Below are positions 44,957 to 55,287 of a stretch of 64,000 bases of DNA, in pieces. Both the position numbers and the translations under genes were made by a program. The DNA comes from Candidatus Binatia bacterium (GTDB lineage: Bacteria; Desulfobacterota; Binatia; Bin18), in NCBI GenBank assembly GCA_963666315.2, contig CAXXHG010000010.1, positions 107,621-171,620 of the forward strand. Direction: 5' to 3'. The notes under the pieces are model-generated. The model was not told the DNA's origin and did not search any database. It was given only the letters and a program-made list of their open reading frames with translations. Within the stretch, counting starts at the first letter, position 1. Every line of letters begins with the position of its first letter.

Positions 44957-45109
44957 CTACACTTTTACTTCTTTGTGAGAGGTGTGAGATCGGCAGGCCG
45001 GACAAAATTTCCGAAGGGTAAGCTTATCCGGTTTTAACTTCTTGTTCTTGGTCGTCGTGTAGTTCTTGTGTTTACACTGTTCGCAGGAAAGCGCGATAAG
45101 ATCTCTCAT
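44957..45109 (-). CDS. rpmG: 50S ribosomal protein L33 (not in the ORF track)
   Basis: Hand translation [50 protein letters not shown]. Confidence 0.96.
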   Translation of the reverse strand: MRDLIALSCEQCKHKNYTTTKNKKLKPDKLTLRKFCPACRSHTSHKEVKV

Positions 45110-45136
45110 GCTGCTCCTCTCCTTACTTCTGGGGAA

Positions 45137-46327
45137 CTACTGGAGGATTTTGGTCACAACGCCAGCCCCCACCGTGCGGCCCCCCTCCCGAATCGCAAAC
45201 CGCAGACCCTCATCCATCGCTATCGGCGTCAATAACTCGACCGTCATCTGCGTGTTATCCCCCGGCATCACCATCTCCGTCCCCTCCTGCAAGACCACCG
45301 ACCCGGTCACATCTGTCGTCCGAAAGTAAAACTGCGGCCGATAGCCATTGAAAAACGGCGTATGCCGCCCCCCCTCCTCCTTGGTCAATACATACACTTC
45401 CGCCTCATATTTCGTGTGCGGCGTGATACTCCCCGGCTTCGCCAAGACCTGCCCCCGCTCGATATCCTCCCGCTTGACCCCTCGGAGCAAACACCCCACA
45501 TTGTCCCCCGCTACCCCCTCATCCAACAGCTTACGAAACATCTCCACGCCCGTCACCGTCGTCTTGCGCGTCTCCTTGATCCCCACTATCTCGACCTCTT
45601 CCCCCACCTTCACCCGCCCCCGATCGACCCGCCCCGTCGCCACCGTCCCCCGCCCCGAAATCGTAAACACATCCTCAATCGACATCAGAAACTCGCGATC
45701 CACTTCCCGCTCCGGCTCCGGAATAAAATTGTCCACCGCCTCCATCAGCTTCAGGATCGCCGGCTCCCCTAACTCCCCCGGCTCCCCCTCCAACGCATGC
45801 AGCGCACTGCCCTGGATGATCGGCGTCTCATCGCCCGGAAAATCATACTTCGACAATAGCTCCCGCATCTCCAGCTCCACCAGCTCCAACAGCTCCTCAT
45901 CGTCCACCATGTCCACTTTGTTCATGAACACCACGATTGCCGGCACCCCCACTTGGCGCGCCAATAAAATATGCTCGCGCGTCTGCGGCATCGGCCCGTC
46001 TGAGGCCGCCACCACCAGTATCGCCCCGTCCATCTGCGCCGCCCCCGTGATCATATTCTTGATGTAATCCGCATGCCCCGGACAGTCCACGTGCGCATAG
46101 TGGCGGTTGTCCGTCTCATACTCTACATGCGCCGTGTTGATCGTAATCCCCCGCTCCCGCTCCTCCGGCGCCTTATCTATCTCGTCAAACGACACAAACT
46201 CCGCCTGATTCCGCGCTGCTAACACCTTCGTGATCGCCGCCGTTAATGTCGTCTTCCCGTGATCGATATGCCCGATCGTGCCGACATTCATATGCGGCTT
46301 CGTCCGCTCAAACCGCGCCTTCGCCAT
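45137..46327 (-). CDS. tuf: Elongation factor Tu (copy 2, downstream of the tRNA cluster)
   Basis: Protein identical to copy 1; classic Thr-Tyr-Gly-Thr-tuf arrangement. Confidence 0.98.
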   Translation of the reverse strand: MAKARFERTKPHMNVGTIGHIDHGKTTLTAAITKVLAARNQAEFVSFDEIDKAPEERERGITINTAHVEYETDNRHYAHVDCPGHADYIKNMITGAAQMDGAILVVAASDGPMPQTREHILLARQVGVPAIVVFMNKVDMVDDEELLELVELEMRELLSKYDFPGDETPIIQGSALHALEGEPGELGEPAILKLMEAVDNFIPEPEREVDREFLMSIEDVFTISGRGTVATGRVDRGRVKVGEEVEIVGIKETRKTTVTGVEMFRKLLDEGVAGDNVGCLLRGVKREDIERGQVLAKPGSITPHTKYEAEVYVLTKEEGGRHTPFFNGYRPQFYFRTTDVTGSVVLQEGTEMVMPGDNTQMTVELLTPIAMDEGLRFAIREGGRTVGAGVVTKILQ

Positions 46328-46356
46328 CTCGCTCGTCCTTTCCCTTGCTCGGGTCG
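45140..46356. repeat. Direct repeat copy 2: tuf plus 29 nt upstream, matching 31285-32501
   Basis: Shared upstream CTCGCTCGTCCTTTCCCTTGCTCGGGTCG, then abrupt divergence. Confidence 0.9.
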
Positions 46357-46437
46357 TATAGCTATGAAGAAATCCACACGACTTCTTTGCCTGCCGCGCA
46401 GTGAGGTTTTCTTATCCCTATGTGTAAAGTAGTAACA

Positions 46438-46509
46438 AGCCCAGGAGCGGGCTTGAACCGCCGACCTCGTCCTTACCAAGGACGTGCTCTACCACTGAGC
46501 TACCTGGGC
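46438..46509 (-). tRNA. tRNA-Thr (GGT)
   Basis: GCCCAGG/CCTGGGC acceptor, loop TTGGTAA, GTTCAAG. Confidence 0.95.
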
Positions 46510-46606
46510 ATCTTATCCAATTTTCTGCTCTTAGAATAGCACAGTTTCTCTCGTCAGACCTGCCTAGCGTCAACAGAGAAACCCAATACTCTTCCCCACA
46601 ATCTAC

Positions 46607-46683
46607 TGGAGCGGGAAACGGGACTCGAACCCGCGACCCCGAGCTTGGAAGGCTCGCGCTCTAGCCAACTGAGCTATTCCCGC
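46607..46683 (-). tRNA. tRNA-Gly (TCC), CCA encoded
   Basis: GCGGGAA/TTCCCGC acceptor, loop CTTCCAA. Confidence 0.95.
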
Positions 46684-46709
46684 CCGATTTGTTTTTCCAA
46701 TTTTCACCA

Positions 46710-46792
46710 TGGAGAGGGGAGGATTCGAACCTCCGAAGGCATACGCCGGCAGATTTACAGTCTGCTCCCTTTGGCCGCTCGGGCACCTCTCC
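46710..46792 (-). tRNA. tRNA-Tyr (GTA)
   Basis: GGAGAGG/CCTCTCC acceptor, loop CTGTAAA, long variable arm. Confidence 0.95.
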
Positions 46793-46824
46793 ACACTTGC
46801 ACGCACGGTTCTCATCTCAACAAA

Positions 46825-46896
46825 AGCTGGCGATAGGACTTGAACCTACAACCTACTGATTACAAATCAGTTGCTCTACCATTGAGCTACGCCAGC
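46825..46896 (-). tRNA. tRNA-Thr (TGT)
   Basis: GCTGGCG/CGCCAGC acceptor, loop TTTGTAA. Confidence 0.95.
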
Positions 46897-46986
46897 GGCC
46901 AAACAGTACAATTGCCCGCAGCCCATGAATGTTGAGGATCTGGTAGACACTTAAAAGAGACCTTGTTATATAACTGAAGAGCGCTT

Positions 46987-47015
46987 ATCCTACCCCAGCA
47001 ATTTCATCCAGTCAA
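46987..47015 (-). promoter_or_regulatory. Putative sigma70 promoter of the tRNA-tuf-rpmG-secE-nusG unit
   Basis: TTGACT-17 bp-TAGGAT. Confidence 0.6.
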
Positions 47016-47126
47016 TAGTGAGAAATTTCATTCCGTTGGCTTAGCGGACTATATAAAAATCTTTTCAAATTCCGCGACTTGCGGACAGATAACAGAAAAA
47101 GCAGCTGACCACAACCGAGAGTAGCA

Positions 47127-47882
47127 TCATACCACTTCTCTTCTTCGACGCAGGTGTTCATACAGCACAACAGCACCTGCAACAGAGACATTCAGTGAAG
47201 TCACCTTACCCCTCATTGGGATTGAGACAAGATAGTCACAGGCTTCTTGCACTATTGGACGCAGCCCTTTCCCTTCTCCCCCTACAACGAAAGCAATTTT
47301 CGCATGCATTTCAATATCGTATACGGTCCGTTGTGCCTGCGGGCTCAGGCCAACCAGCCAGTATTCCCTTTGTTTCAAGACGGCAAGTGTTTGCCGAAGA
47401 TTTCCAACTCGACAGATCGGGATATGCGCTATTGCCCCTGCCGCGGCTTTTTCAACCAGAGCAGACAGTGGTGCAGAACGACGCTTAGGGAGTACGACTC
47501 CACCCACACCAGCTGACTCAGCAGTGCGGAGTAAAGCCCCAAGATTTCGGGGGTCTAAGATTTCATCCAGGACAAGGAGACAGTCCTCTCCCTTATTGAG
47601 AAGATCACCCAGCGAGATATAGGAAAATGGACGCACCCGCGCAGCGATTCCTTGATGCGTTCCCCCTTGCGTATGGGTATCAAGGACGCTTTGCGACTCG
47701 TAACATATGGGAACGCCGACCCGTCGTGCCTCTTCGACCAGCCGTTCCGTTTTTGGAGAGGGAACGACATACAGTTCTTCTACCCTGTCTGGTTGCGCGC
47801 GGAGATATTCCCGGACGGGATGCGGTCCATAGACGACGCGCGGTTTACATTTCAACGCTTTTTTCCTAGGATCTCGGGCCAT
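47127..47882 (-). CDS. rlmB: 23S rRNA G2251 2'-O-methyltransferase
   Basis: HQGIAA, DPRNLGALLRTA, GGEGKG, SLNVSVA (SPOUT). Confidence 0.93.
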   Translation of the reverse strand: MARDPRKKALKCKPRVVYGPHPVREYLRAQPDRVEELYVVPSPKTERLVEEARRVGVPICYESQSVLDTHTQGGTHQGIAARVRPFSYISLGDLLNKGEDCLLVLDEILDPRNLGALLRTAESAGVGGVVLPKRRSAPLSALVEKAAAGAIAHIPICRVGNLRQTLAVLKQREYWLVGLSPQAQRTVYDIEMHAKIAFVVGGEGKGLRPIVQEACDYLVSIPMRGKVTSLNVSVAGAVVLYEHLRRRREVV

Positions 47883-49059
47883 GGGTAAAATCTTGATTCG
47901 CTATCTCGTCCGCGAAATTACGATACCATTCTTCATTGGTCTGCTCATCTTTACCTGTATTCTCTTTTCCACTCGTATGCTGAAGTTGGTGGAACTAGTG
48001 GTCAATAAAGGAGTATCCGTTCTCTCTATCCTCAAGATGCTTTTTTTTGTTCTCCCCTCTTTTTTCGAAGTCACTGTTCCTATGGCCTTCCTGCTTGCCA
48101 TACTCTGGGGACTTGGCCGTCTCTCAACCGACCGAGAGGTCCTCGCACTCAAGAGTTGTGGGATCGGCCTCCTACAAATGGCACATCCGCTGGGCTTATT
48201 GACAGTCGTACTCCTTGCCAGTTCATTTTTTTTGACGCTCTACGTTCGCCCGTGGAGTAACGCCGGGCTTGATCAAGCGTTCTATGATGTTGCAAAAACA
48301 CGAGCAACGGCAGGGCTGAAAGAGAAAACGTTTAATAACGATTTCGATGGCTTAGTCATTTATGCGGAGGAGATTGAACCTCCGGGGACTATTCTCAAGG
48401 GCGTTATGGTAGCCAATAATCGAAACCCCCAACTAAAAGAAACGATATTTGCCCGCAACGGGCTGGTTGTCTCCAATGCGAAGAAACGCACCCTCACCAT
48501 CCGATTACAAGACGGGACCGTTCATAGTACACGGCGAGCAGAAAAGAGCTATCAGACCACCCATTTCGCCACCTATGATGTAACGCTGGACATGGCGGCT
48601 CTCCTTGCTCATATGAAAGAACCACACCATAGTCCCAAAGATATGACGACACAGGAACTCTTGAGTATGCTTGTGCAGAACCAGGACAAGTCTTCTCAGC
48701 ACAACAAAGCGCTTGTCGAATTCCACCGTCGGCTTGCACTGCCATTCGCCTGTGTCGTCTTCAGTCTCATTGCCCTCCCCCTCAGCATACGAATGGCTTG
48801 GGCGCATCGTTCAGTTGGATTTGGGGTCAGCCTGGGCATCATCCTCCTGTATTATCTCCTCCTGACCGCTGGAGAAACATTCGGCAAAAGGGGCGTGCTT
48901 GCACCTGCGATCGCCTTATGGATTCCGAATGTGGTTTTGGGCAGCATCGGATTGTATCTATTCTGCCGCGTTGCCCAGGAGAAGCCACTCTTTCGCCTGC
49001 CGATTTGGGTGTCTAAATGCATGCCAAAACGTGTGTCTGCACCTTTGACTGTTCGATGA
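47881..49059 (+). CDS. lptF: LPS export ABC transporter permease LptF
   Basis: RYLVREI, GRLSTDREVLALKSCG, EFHRRLALP, WIPN; first of a YjgP/YjgQ pair. Confidence 0.88.
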   Translation: MGKILIRYLVREITIPFFIGLLIFTCILFSTRMLKLVELVVNKGVSVLSILKMLFFVLPSFFEVTVPMAFLLAILWGLGRLSTDREVLALKSCGIGLLQMAHPLGLLTVVLLASSFFLTLYVRPWSNAGLDQAFYDVAKTRATAGLKEKTFNNDFDGLVIYAEEIEPPGTILKGVMVANNRNPQLKETIFARNGLVVSNAKKRTLTIRLQDGTVHSTRRAEKSYQTTHFATYDVTLDMAALLAHMKEPHHSPKDMTTQELLSMLVQNQDKSSQHNKALVEFHRRLALPFACVVFSLIALPLSIRMAWAHRSVGFGVSLGIILLYYLLLTAGETFGKRGVLAPAIALWIPNVVLGSIGLYLFCRVAQEKPLFRLPIWVSKCMPKRVSAPLTVR

Positions 49060-49077
49060 TCTTGGCACCCAACGCCC

Positions 49078-50172
49078 ATGTCTCAAAGAGGCTCAGCCCT
49101 TCCCCCGCCTGTGATTTCGATCTATCTGTGTAAAGAATTTATCCGATTCTTTTTCCTGTGCCTTTTTTTATTTCTGGGGCTCTCTCTTCTCATCGACTTT
49201 TTTGATCGTTTTAATACCTTCGTAAAATATGGGGCCCCCTTCTCTGCGATATGCCGCTACTTTCTTTTCAAATTGCCGCTCTTCGTCATTCAGGCTTCCC
49301 CAGCTGCTGCGCTAGCGGGGGCCCTTTTGAGCCTCGGGTTACTCTCTCGTAACCGGGAACTCCTTGCCCTTAAGGCGTGCGGAGTGAGCGCATTACAGAT
49401 TGCTACGCCCCTCCTCCTCTCAGCCTGTATCCTCAGCATCGGTGGCTGGGTATGGAACGAAAACGTTGTCCCCTACGCTTTCCACAAATCCCGCTATATC
49501 AATACCATAGAGATAAAGAAGAAGGAATTTAAAGGACTCTTCCATTCACGAGGGTTCTGGTATCATGGGGCACAGGCCTTCTATCACATCGATCACTTTG
49601 ATTCGCGTAGAAACATACTCTCGGGTCTGACTGTATATACGCTCAGTGATACTTTCCAGGTACACTCGCTCGTAAAGATTCGCCGAGCATCCTGGCGGAA
49701 TGGGGAATGGCATTTCGAGGGAATCCAAGAAAACAGAGTCGATCCTGCGCATTCCCTTCTTTCAAATCCTCGCTCTGTTCTGCTCGAAGAAAAGCCAGAG
49801 GATTTCTCTTTAGTTGATATGAAAGCCGAAGAGCTTTCTTCACACCAACTCCAAGCACACATCGCGAATCTTCAACAAAAGGGCTTGGATACCACGGAGT
49901 ACCAAGTGGATTTGCAGCTTAAAGGGGCTCTCCCCTTTGCCGCACTTGTGATGACGTTACTGGGGATTGCGCTCGCCGTACCAGGGGCTCAACAGCTTTC
50001 GGTGTCGATGGCATTGGGTTCTGCGCTCGTCGTGGGATTCGGCTACTGGGTCTTTCTCGCCCTGAGCGTTTCCCTGGGGAACAGCGGAGTCCTGCCCCCC
50101 ATACTCGCAGCGTGGCTCGCCAACGCTATAGCGAGTTTAGTCGGTCTTTATTTTCTATTAGGCGTCGATTAA
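49078..50172 (+). CDS. lptG: LPS export ABC transporter permease LptG
   Basis: LSRNRELLALKACGVS, NENVVP, LPPILAAWLAN. Confidence 0.88.
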   Translation: MSQRGSALPPPVISIYLCKEFIRFFFLCLFLFLGLSLLIDFFDRFNTFVKYGAPFSAICRYFLFKLPLFVIQASPAAALAGALLSLGLLSRNRELLALKACGVSALQIATPLLLSACILSIGGWVWNENVVPYAFHKSRYINTIEIKKKEFKGLFHSRGFWYHGAQAFYHIDHFDSRRNILSGLTVYTLSDTFQVHSLVKIRRASWRNGEWHFEGIQENRVDPAHSLLSNPRSVLLEEKPEDFSLVDMKAEELSSHQLQAHIANLQQKGLDTTEYQVDLQLKGALPFAALVMTLLGIALAVPGAQQLSVSMALGSALVVGFGYWVFLALSVSLGNSGVLPPILAAWLANAIASLVGLYFLLGVD

Positions 50173-50190
50173 CCGCACCACGCAACAACG

Positions 50191-50589
50191 CTAGCGCTTA
50201 GAATATTGTGGACGCTTGCGAGCTTTATGTCTGCCGTATTTCTTGCGCTCAACTTCTCGTGAGTCGCGGGTGACAAATCCTTCCTTTTTGAGCGCTGGCC
50301 GAAAGTCAGGATTTACCTTGAGGAGAGCCCGGGTAATACCGTGCCGAATAGCCGCCGCTTGCGCGGAATTCCCACCGCCGTGGACATTGGCGTTGACGTC
50401 GTACTGTTCCTCAGTCTGAGTAAGAACGAGAGGTTGGCGAGCGATCATACGAACGGCTTCGCGCCCGAAGTATTCCTCCAGAGGTTTCTTATTGACGGTA
50501 CACTTCCCTTCTCCGGGAAAGAGGCGAACTCTGGCAACGGCGGTTTTTCGCCTGCCAGTCGCCCAATATTCTGCTTGCTTCTCCGACAT
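50191..50589 (-). CDS. rpsI: 30S ribosomal protein S9
   Basis: [21 protein letters not shown]. Confidence 0.97.
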   Translation of the reverse strand: MSEKQAEYWATGRRKTAVARVRLFPGEGKCTVNKKPLEEYFGREAVRMIARQPLVLTQTEEQYDVNANVHGGGNSAQAAAIRHGITRALLKVNPDFRPALKKEGFVTRDSREVERKKYGRHKARKRPQYSKR

Positions 50590-50620
50590 GTGCAGTGCCT
50601 TCCCTTAATTTTCGCATGCC

Positions 50621-51058
50621 CTAAGAGTACGGAATTGGACTCTGGGCAGTATGCGGATGATCCGCGTCAGGATAGACCTTTAATTTCTTTACGAGCTGAC
50701 GCCCGAATATATTCTTCGGTAACATACCGGTAACGGCCTTCCTAATGATATCCTCAGGGGAAGCCTTGAGCATTTCCTGGGCTGAAGTGCTCCGAATTCC
50801 TCCAGGGTATCCGGTGTATCGATAGTAGCGTTTCTCGCGCAGTTTATTCCCGGTAAATTTAATATGACGCGCGTTGATCACAACAATAAAATCACCATTG
50901 TCGATATGGGGTGAAAATGTGGGGTTGTCTTTCCCTCGAAGCCTACTCGCAAGTGCACTTGCGAGCCGTCCAACGGTCTTATCTTTGGCATCAATAAGAT
51001 ACCAACGACGCGCGGCAAAGGACTGTTTTTGCGAAAATGTTGGCGTTTCTTTTTTCAT
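50621..51058 (-). CDS. rplM: 50S ribosomal protein L13
   Basis: WYLIDA, GRLAS, GYPGG, GMLPK, HPHTAQ. Confidence 0.97.
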   Translation of the reverse strand: MKKETPTFSQKQSFAARRWYLIDAKDKTVGRLASALASRLRGKDNPTFSPHIDNGDFIVVINARHIKFTGNKLREKRYYRYTGYPGGIRSTSAQEMLKASPEDIIRKAVTGMLPKNIFGRQLVKKLKVYPDADHPHTAQSPIPYS

Positions 51059-51091
51059 CAAAAATGGCGCCTTCTCCTATACAGTTGGGGA

Positions 51092-51169
51092 TGGCGGGGC
51101 CGACGAGACTTGAACTCGCGACCTCCGGCTTGACAGGCCGGCGTTCTAAACCAACTGAACTACGACCCC
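51092..51169 (-). tRNA. tRNA-Asp (GTC), CCA encoded
   Basis: GGGGTCG/CGGCCCC acceptor, loop CTGTCAA. Confidence 0.95.
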
Positions 51170-51178
51170 ACCATAATA

Positions 51179-51250
51179 TGGGCGGTATCCGGTTTGAACG
51201 GATGGCCCTCGGCTTGTAAGGCCGACGCTCTTCCACTGAGCTAACCGCCC
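51179..51250 (-). tRNA. tRNA-Val (TAC)
   Basis: GGGCGGT/ACCGCCC acceptor, loop CTTACAA, T-arm ATCCG-TTCAAAC-CGGAT. Confidence 0.93.
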
Positions 51251-51310
51251 CTCTCTGAGGACAGAAGAGCCTATCAGGGAAGACAACGCCCTAGTCCTCG
51301 TGAGGGACGA

Positions 51311-51339
51311 GGTCTACCATTGTCTTTTTGTCCAGTCAA
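51311..51339 (-). promoter_or_regulatory. Putative sigma70 promoter of tRNA-Val-Asp-rplM-rpsI
   Basis: TTGACT-17 bp-TAGACC with extended TG. Confidence 0.5.
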
Positions 51340-51349
51340 TCCCCTCTCA

Positions 51350-53803
51350 TCAATGCGTCACAATCTCGGTCGATTCAGCCGGAACACTAGCCTCGGAGGA
51401 ATAGAGTACCCCCTGGTCAACCGAGGTGTCTTTCTTTGCTAAGAAACAATCAGGCTGGGCAACGAGCGCACCGCGCAAGACATCATCTAGATTATCGACA
51501 GGTTCGACGTGGACTGTTCGAAGAATATTTGCCGGGATCTCACGGAGATCTTTTTCATTTTCGGCAGGGATAAGAACCCGTGTTATACCTCCACGATGAG
51601 CAGCCAATATCTTTTCCTTCAGTCCGCCTATGGGCAAAATCCGGCCGCGCAGAGTGATTTCTCCAGTCATTGCAGTATCGTGTCTGACTGGAATTTTCGT
51701 CAGAGCTGAAACGAGACAGGTCGTAATCGTCACCCCAGCAGAAGGACCATCCTTGGGAATAGCCCCTTCCGGAATGTGAAGGTGAACATCGATCTTTTGA
51801 TAAAAATCCTTTTCCAGCCCGAACTCATCCGCCCGTGAGCGCACATAGCTCATCGACGCGTGAGCGGATTCTTGCATAACATCGCCGATCTTCCCCGTAA
51901 TCGTCATCTTTCCTTTTCCTGGCAAGATTGCTACCTCAGTCGCCAGCAGTTCTCCGCCCATGTCCGTCCAAGCGAGTCCAGTCACAACACCAATCTTATC
52001 TTCCTGCTCGGCCTGACTAATCCGGTACCGAATAGGGCCAAGATATTTTTCGAGCTTTTTCTGTGTAAGGCGCACATGCGTATCCCGGCCATTTTTGACC
52101 ACTTCAACAGCGACTTTGCGGCAGAGTGTTGCGATTTCTCTCTCCAGATTTCGCACTCCAGATTCCCGTGTATAGGAACGGACGACAGTCGAGAGAATCC
52201 GCTCAGGACAACTAATATTGCTCTCGGTGAGCCCGTTCGCTTCGCGCTGCTTCTTGAATAAGAAGAGTTTTGCAATATTGAATTTTTCCCATTCAGTGTA
52301 TCCAGGGATCCTAATAATCTCCATGCGGTCCTGTAGGGGTCTTGGAATATATTCCAGACTATTAGCGGTACAGATGAAGAGGGTTTGTGACAGGTCATAA
52401 TCGACATCAAGGTAGTGGTCATTAAAAGCTGTGTTTTGTTCTGGATCAAGCACTTCCATTAAAGCGGCAGAGGGATCACCGCGAAAATCTGTCGACATCT
52501 TATCGACTTCATCCAGGAGAAAAACTGGGTTCCCCGCCCCCGCCTTCTTCATCCCTTGAATAATTTTCCCAGGCATTGCACCAATATATGTCCGTCGATG
52601 TCCCCGGATTTCGGCCTCATCACGTACTCCCCCCAAGGAAATACGAACAAATTTTCGCCCGGTCGACCTCGCTATGGATTTCCCAAGAGACGTCTTCCCC
52701 ACCCCGGGAGGCCCGACAAAGCAGAGGATAGGGCCTTTGAGCTCGCCAACGAGGCTTTGGACAGCAAGATACTCTAATATCCGTTCTTTGACTTTCTCAA
52801 GGCCGTAGTGGTCTTCGTCCAGAACTTTTTCCGCATCCTGGAGATCCAGCTTATCTTCCGTATATTCATACCAAGGGAGAACGAGCAGCCAATCGATATA
52901 ATTCCGAACGACCGTGGCCTCAGCAGACATGGGCGGCATCATTTTCAGCTTTTTCAGCTCTTTCTCAACCTTGTCTCGGGCTTCTTGGGACATCTTCTTC
53001 TGCTGGATTTTCTCCTCTAACTCTTGGAGCTCATTCTTGAACTCATCTTTCTCCCCGAGCTCTTTTTGAATTGCCCGCATTTGCTCGTTGAGGTAATACT
53101 CTTTTTGGGTTTTCTCCATTTGTTTCTTGACCCGATTCCGTATTCTGCGTTCAACCTCAAGGATCTCGACTTCGGATCGGGTGAAGCTGAGGACTTTTTC
53201 GAGGCGGTCAGCCGGGTCTATGGTCCCCAACAGAGCCTGCTTGTCCTCCAATTTAATACCGAGGTGGGCAATGATCGTATCGGCAAGTCGAGACGGGTCA
53301 TCAAGCGCCGCAACCGACATAATCATCTCGGGTGGGATTTTCTTATTGAGGCGCACATAGTTTTCAAATGTCGAGTTGACACTTTTCGCCAACGCCTCCA
53401 GTTCGGTTTGCCGCCGGCATGACTCTTCAACTTCTTCGATGTCGGCCCAGAAGAAATCATCCTGCTCAAGGTGACGAATCACGCGTCCGCGCTGTTTCCC
53501 TTCAACGAGGACCTTCACGGTTCCGTCAGGGAGCCGGAGGAGCTGAACAATGTGTCCTATCGTCCCAACTTGGTAGATATCGTCGGCAACCGGTTCGTTC
53601 ACCTTTGCATCACGCTGGGTTGCGAGGAAGATCAGTTTGTTACTCGCCACCGCCTCTTCAAGCGCCTTGATAGACTTTTGTCTCCCAACAAAAAGTGGGA
53701 CAACCATATGAGGAAAAACAATAATATCTCGTAATGGTAAAAGCGGTAGACGCACGACCCCTCCTTCTTCCGGGTTATCCGTTTTGTCATTCCGAAATAA
53801 CAT
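51350..53803 (-). CDS. lon: ATP-dependent protease La
   Basis: [27 protein letters not shown] catalytic Ser, GGLKEK. Confidence 0.98.
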   Translation of the reverse strand: MLFRNDKTDNPEEGGVVRLPLLPLRDIIVFPHMVVPLFVGRQKSIKALEEAVASNKLIFLATQRDAKVNEPVADDIYQVGTIGHIVQLLRLPDGTVKVLVEGKQRGRVIRHLEQDDFFWADIEEVEESCRRQTELEALAKSVNSTFENYVRLNKKIPPEMIMSVAALDDPSRLADTIIAHLGIKLEDKQALLGTIDPADRLEKVLSFTRSEVEILEVERRIRNRVKKQMEKTQKEYYLNEQMRAIQKELGEKDEFKNELQELEEKIQQKKMSQEARDKVEKELKKLKMMPPMSAEATVVRNYIDWLLVLPWYEYTEDKLDLQDAEKVLDEDHYGLEKVKERILEYLAVQSLVGELKGPILCFVGPPGVGKTSLGKSIARSTGRKFVRISLGGVRDEAEIRGHRRTYIGAMPGKIIQGMKKAGAGNPVFLLDEVDKMSTDFRGDPSAALMEVLDPEQNTAFNDHYLDVDYDLSQTLFICTANSLEYIPRPLQDRMEIIRIPGYTEWEKFNIAKLFLFKKQREANGLTESNISCPERILSTVVRSYTRESGVRNLEREIATLCRKVAVEVVKNGRDTHVRLTQKKLEKYLGPIRYRISQAEQEDKIGVVTGLAWTDMGGELLATEVAILPGKGKMTITGKIGDVMQESAHASMSYVRSRADEFGLEKDFYQKIDVHLHIPEGAIPKDGPSAGVTITTCLVSALTKIPVRHDTAMTGEITLRGRILPIGGLKEKILAAHRGGITRVLIPAENEKDLREIPANILRTVHVEPVDNLDDVLRGALVAQPDCFLAKKDTSVDQGVLYSSEASVPAESTEIVTH

Positions 53804-53836
53804 GGAGCGATGCTCCCCTGACCTCAGATACCTCGA

Positions 53837-55090
53837 TCAGGCACTCTCGGCTGTTGCTTTTTGGTACATCACAATGGGCTGCGCGTTCCGTAAAACGACG
53901 TCCTCGGATATGAGGACTTCCTTAATATCAGGCTGTGAAGGAATATCGTACATGATCTCCAGCATGATATTCTCCATAATAGCCCGTAATCCACGCGCCC
54001 CAGTCTTTCTCGTTAAGGCCTCACCAGCAATTGCCGTTAATGCCCCTTCGGTAAATCGCAAGTGCACATTCTCTAGCTCGAAAAGCTTTTGGTACTGTCG
54101 CACAAGAGCATTTTTCGGTTCCCGTAAGATCCGCATCAACGCTTGGTCATCCAGCTCTTGCAACGTCGCCAAAACCGGCAGACGGCCGATGAACTCCGGA
54201 ATCATACCGAATTTCAGCAAGTCTTCAGGCTGGACTGCAGAGAGAAGACTGCTATCACTCTTGCGCTTACTGCGCACGTCAGCACCAAACCCGAGGCTTT
54301 TCCCACGGATTCGGCGTTGAATAACATCTTCCAGCCCAATAAACGCACCGCCGCAGATGACCAAAATATTGGTCGTATCAACCTGAACAAATTCCTGTTG
54401 TGGATGCTTCCGTCCTCCTTTTGGAGGAACACTCGCGATCGTCCCTTCAATAATCTTGAGGAGCGCTTGTTGTACGCCTTCTCCTGATACATCACGCGTA
54501 ATCGAAGGGTTATCCCCCTTACGTGCAATTTTGTCGATTTCATCGATATATATAATCCCCTTCTGGCACTTCTCAACGTCATAATCGGCGTTCTGCAACA
54601 AACTTAAAACGATATTTTCAACATCTTCACCGACATAGCCGGCCTCGGTCAGGCTGGTTGCATCTCCGATTGTAAAAGGGACCTGTAGGAACCGCGCCAG
54701 GGTCTGCGCCAGGAGAGTCTTGCCAGATCCGGTCGGTCCGATCAGCAGAATGTTGGACTTCTGAAGCTCAACATCGCTCGTGGCCATCTGCGAATCAACG
54801 CGTTTGTAATGATTATGCACGGCCACTGCCAGAATTTTTTTGGACAGGTCCTGCCCGATAACGTACTGATCAAGAATACGTTTTATTTCCGCCGGCTTAG
54901 GCACGGCGGAAGATGTCGCTAAAGAGTCCTCTTGATCACACTCTTCGGCAATAATATCGTTGCACAGATTTATGCACTCGTCGCAGATATAGACCGTTGG
55001 CCCTGCAATAAGCTTGCGAACCTCATCTTGACTCTTTCCACAAAAAGAACACACTAAATTTCCTGGACGATCATCGCCATTTCTGGGCAT
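53837..55090 (-). CDS. clpX: ATP-dependent Clp protease ATPase ClpX
   Basis: CSFCGK Zn-binding domain, [25 protein letters not shown] loop; ATG 55090 after GAGGAG. Confidence 0.98.
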   Translation of the reverse strand: MPRNGDDRPGNLVCSFCGKSQDEVRKLIAGPTVYICDECINLCNDIIAEECDQEDSLATSSAVPKPAEIKRILDQYVIGQDLSKKILAVAVHNHYKRVDSQMATSDVELQKSNILLIGPTGSGKTLLAQTLARFLQVPFTIGDATSLTEAGYVGEDVENIVLSLLQNADYDVEKCQKGIIYIDEIDKIARKGDNPSITRDVSGEGVQQALLKIIEGTIASVPPKGGRKHPQQEFVQVDTTNILVICGGAFIGLEDVIQRRIRGKSLGFGADVRSKRKSDSSLLSAVQPEDLLKFGMIPEFIGRLPVLATLQELDDQALMRILREPKNALVRQYQKLFELENVHLRFTEGALTAIAGEALTRKTGARGLRAIMENIMLEIMYDIPSQPDIKEVLISEDVVLRNAQPIVMYQKATAESA

Positions 55091-55287
55091 ACCCACTCCT
55101 CAGATCATTCTCAAACCGCAGCGAACAGACACTCAATGCACATGATGCCACACATCGGGGCCTTGCCTTCTTGCTGAAAAGAATTTCGAGTCGGCATCTC
55201 ATCCTATCCTTCGCGAACGGTCGCCTGATGCACGGAGGGAGTAGGCACGAGATAAATAAACAAATTCATGATAGACCAGCATTTATC

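Noticed and set aside
6390-45109. Cys-containing (zinc-binding) forms of L28, L36, S14, L33 and S4
   Set aside because: Ordinary ancestral C+ forms; nothing unusual
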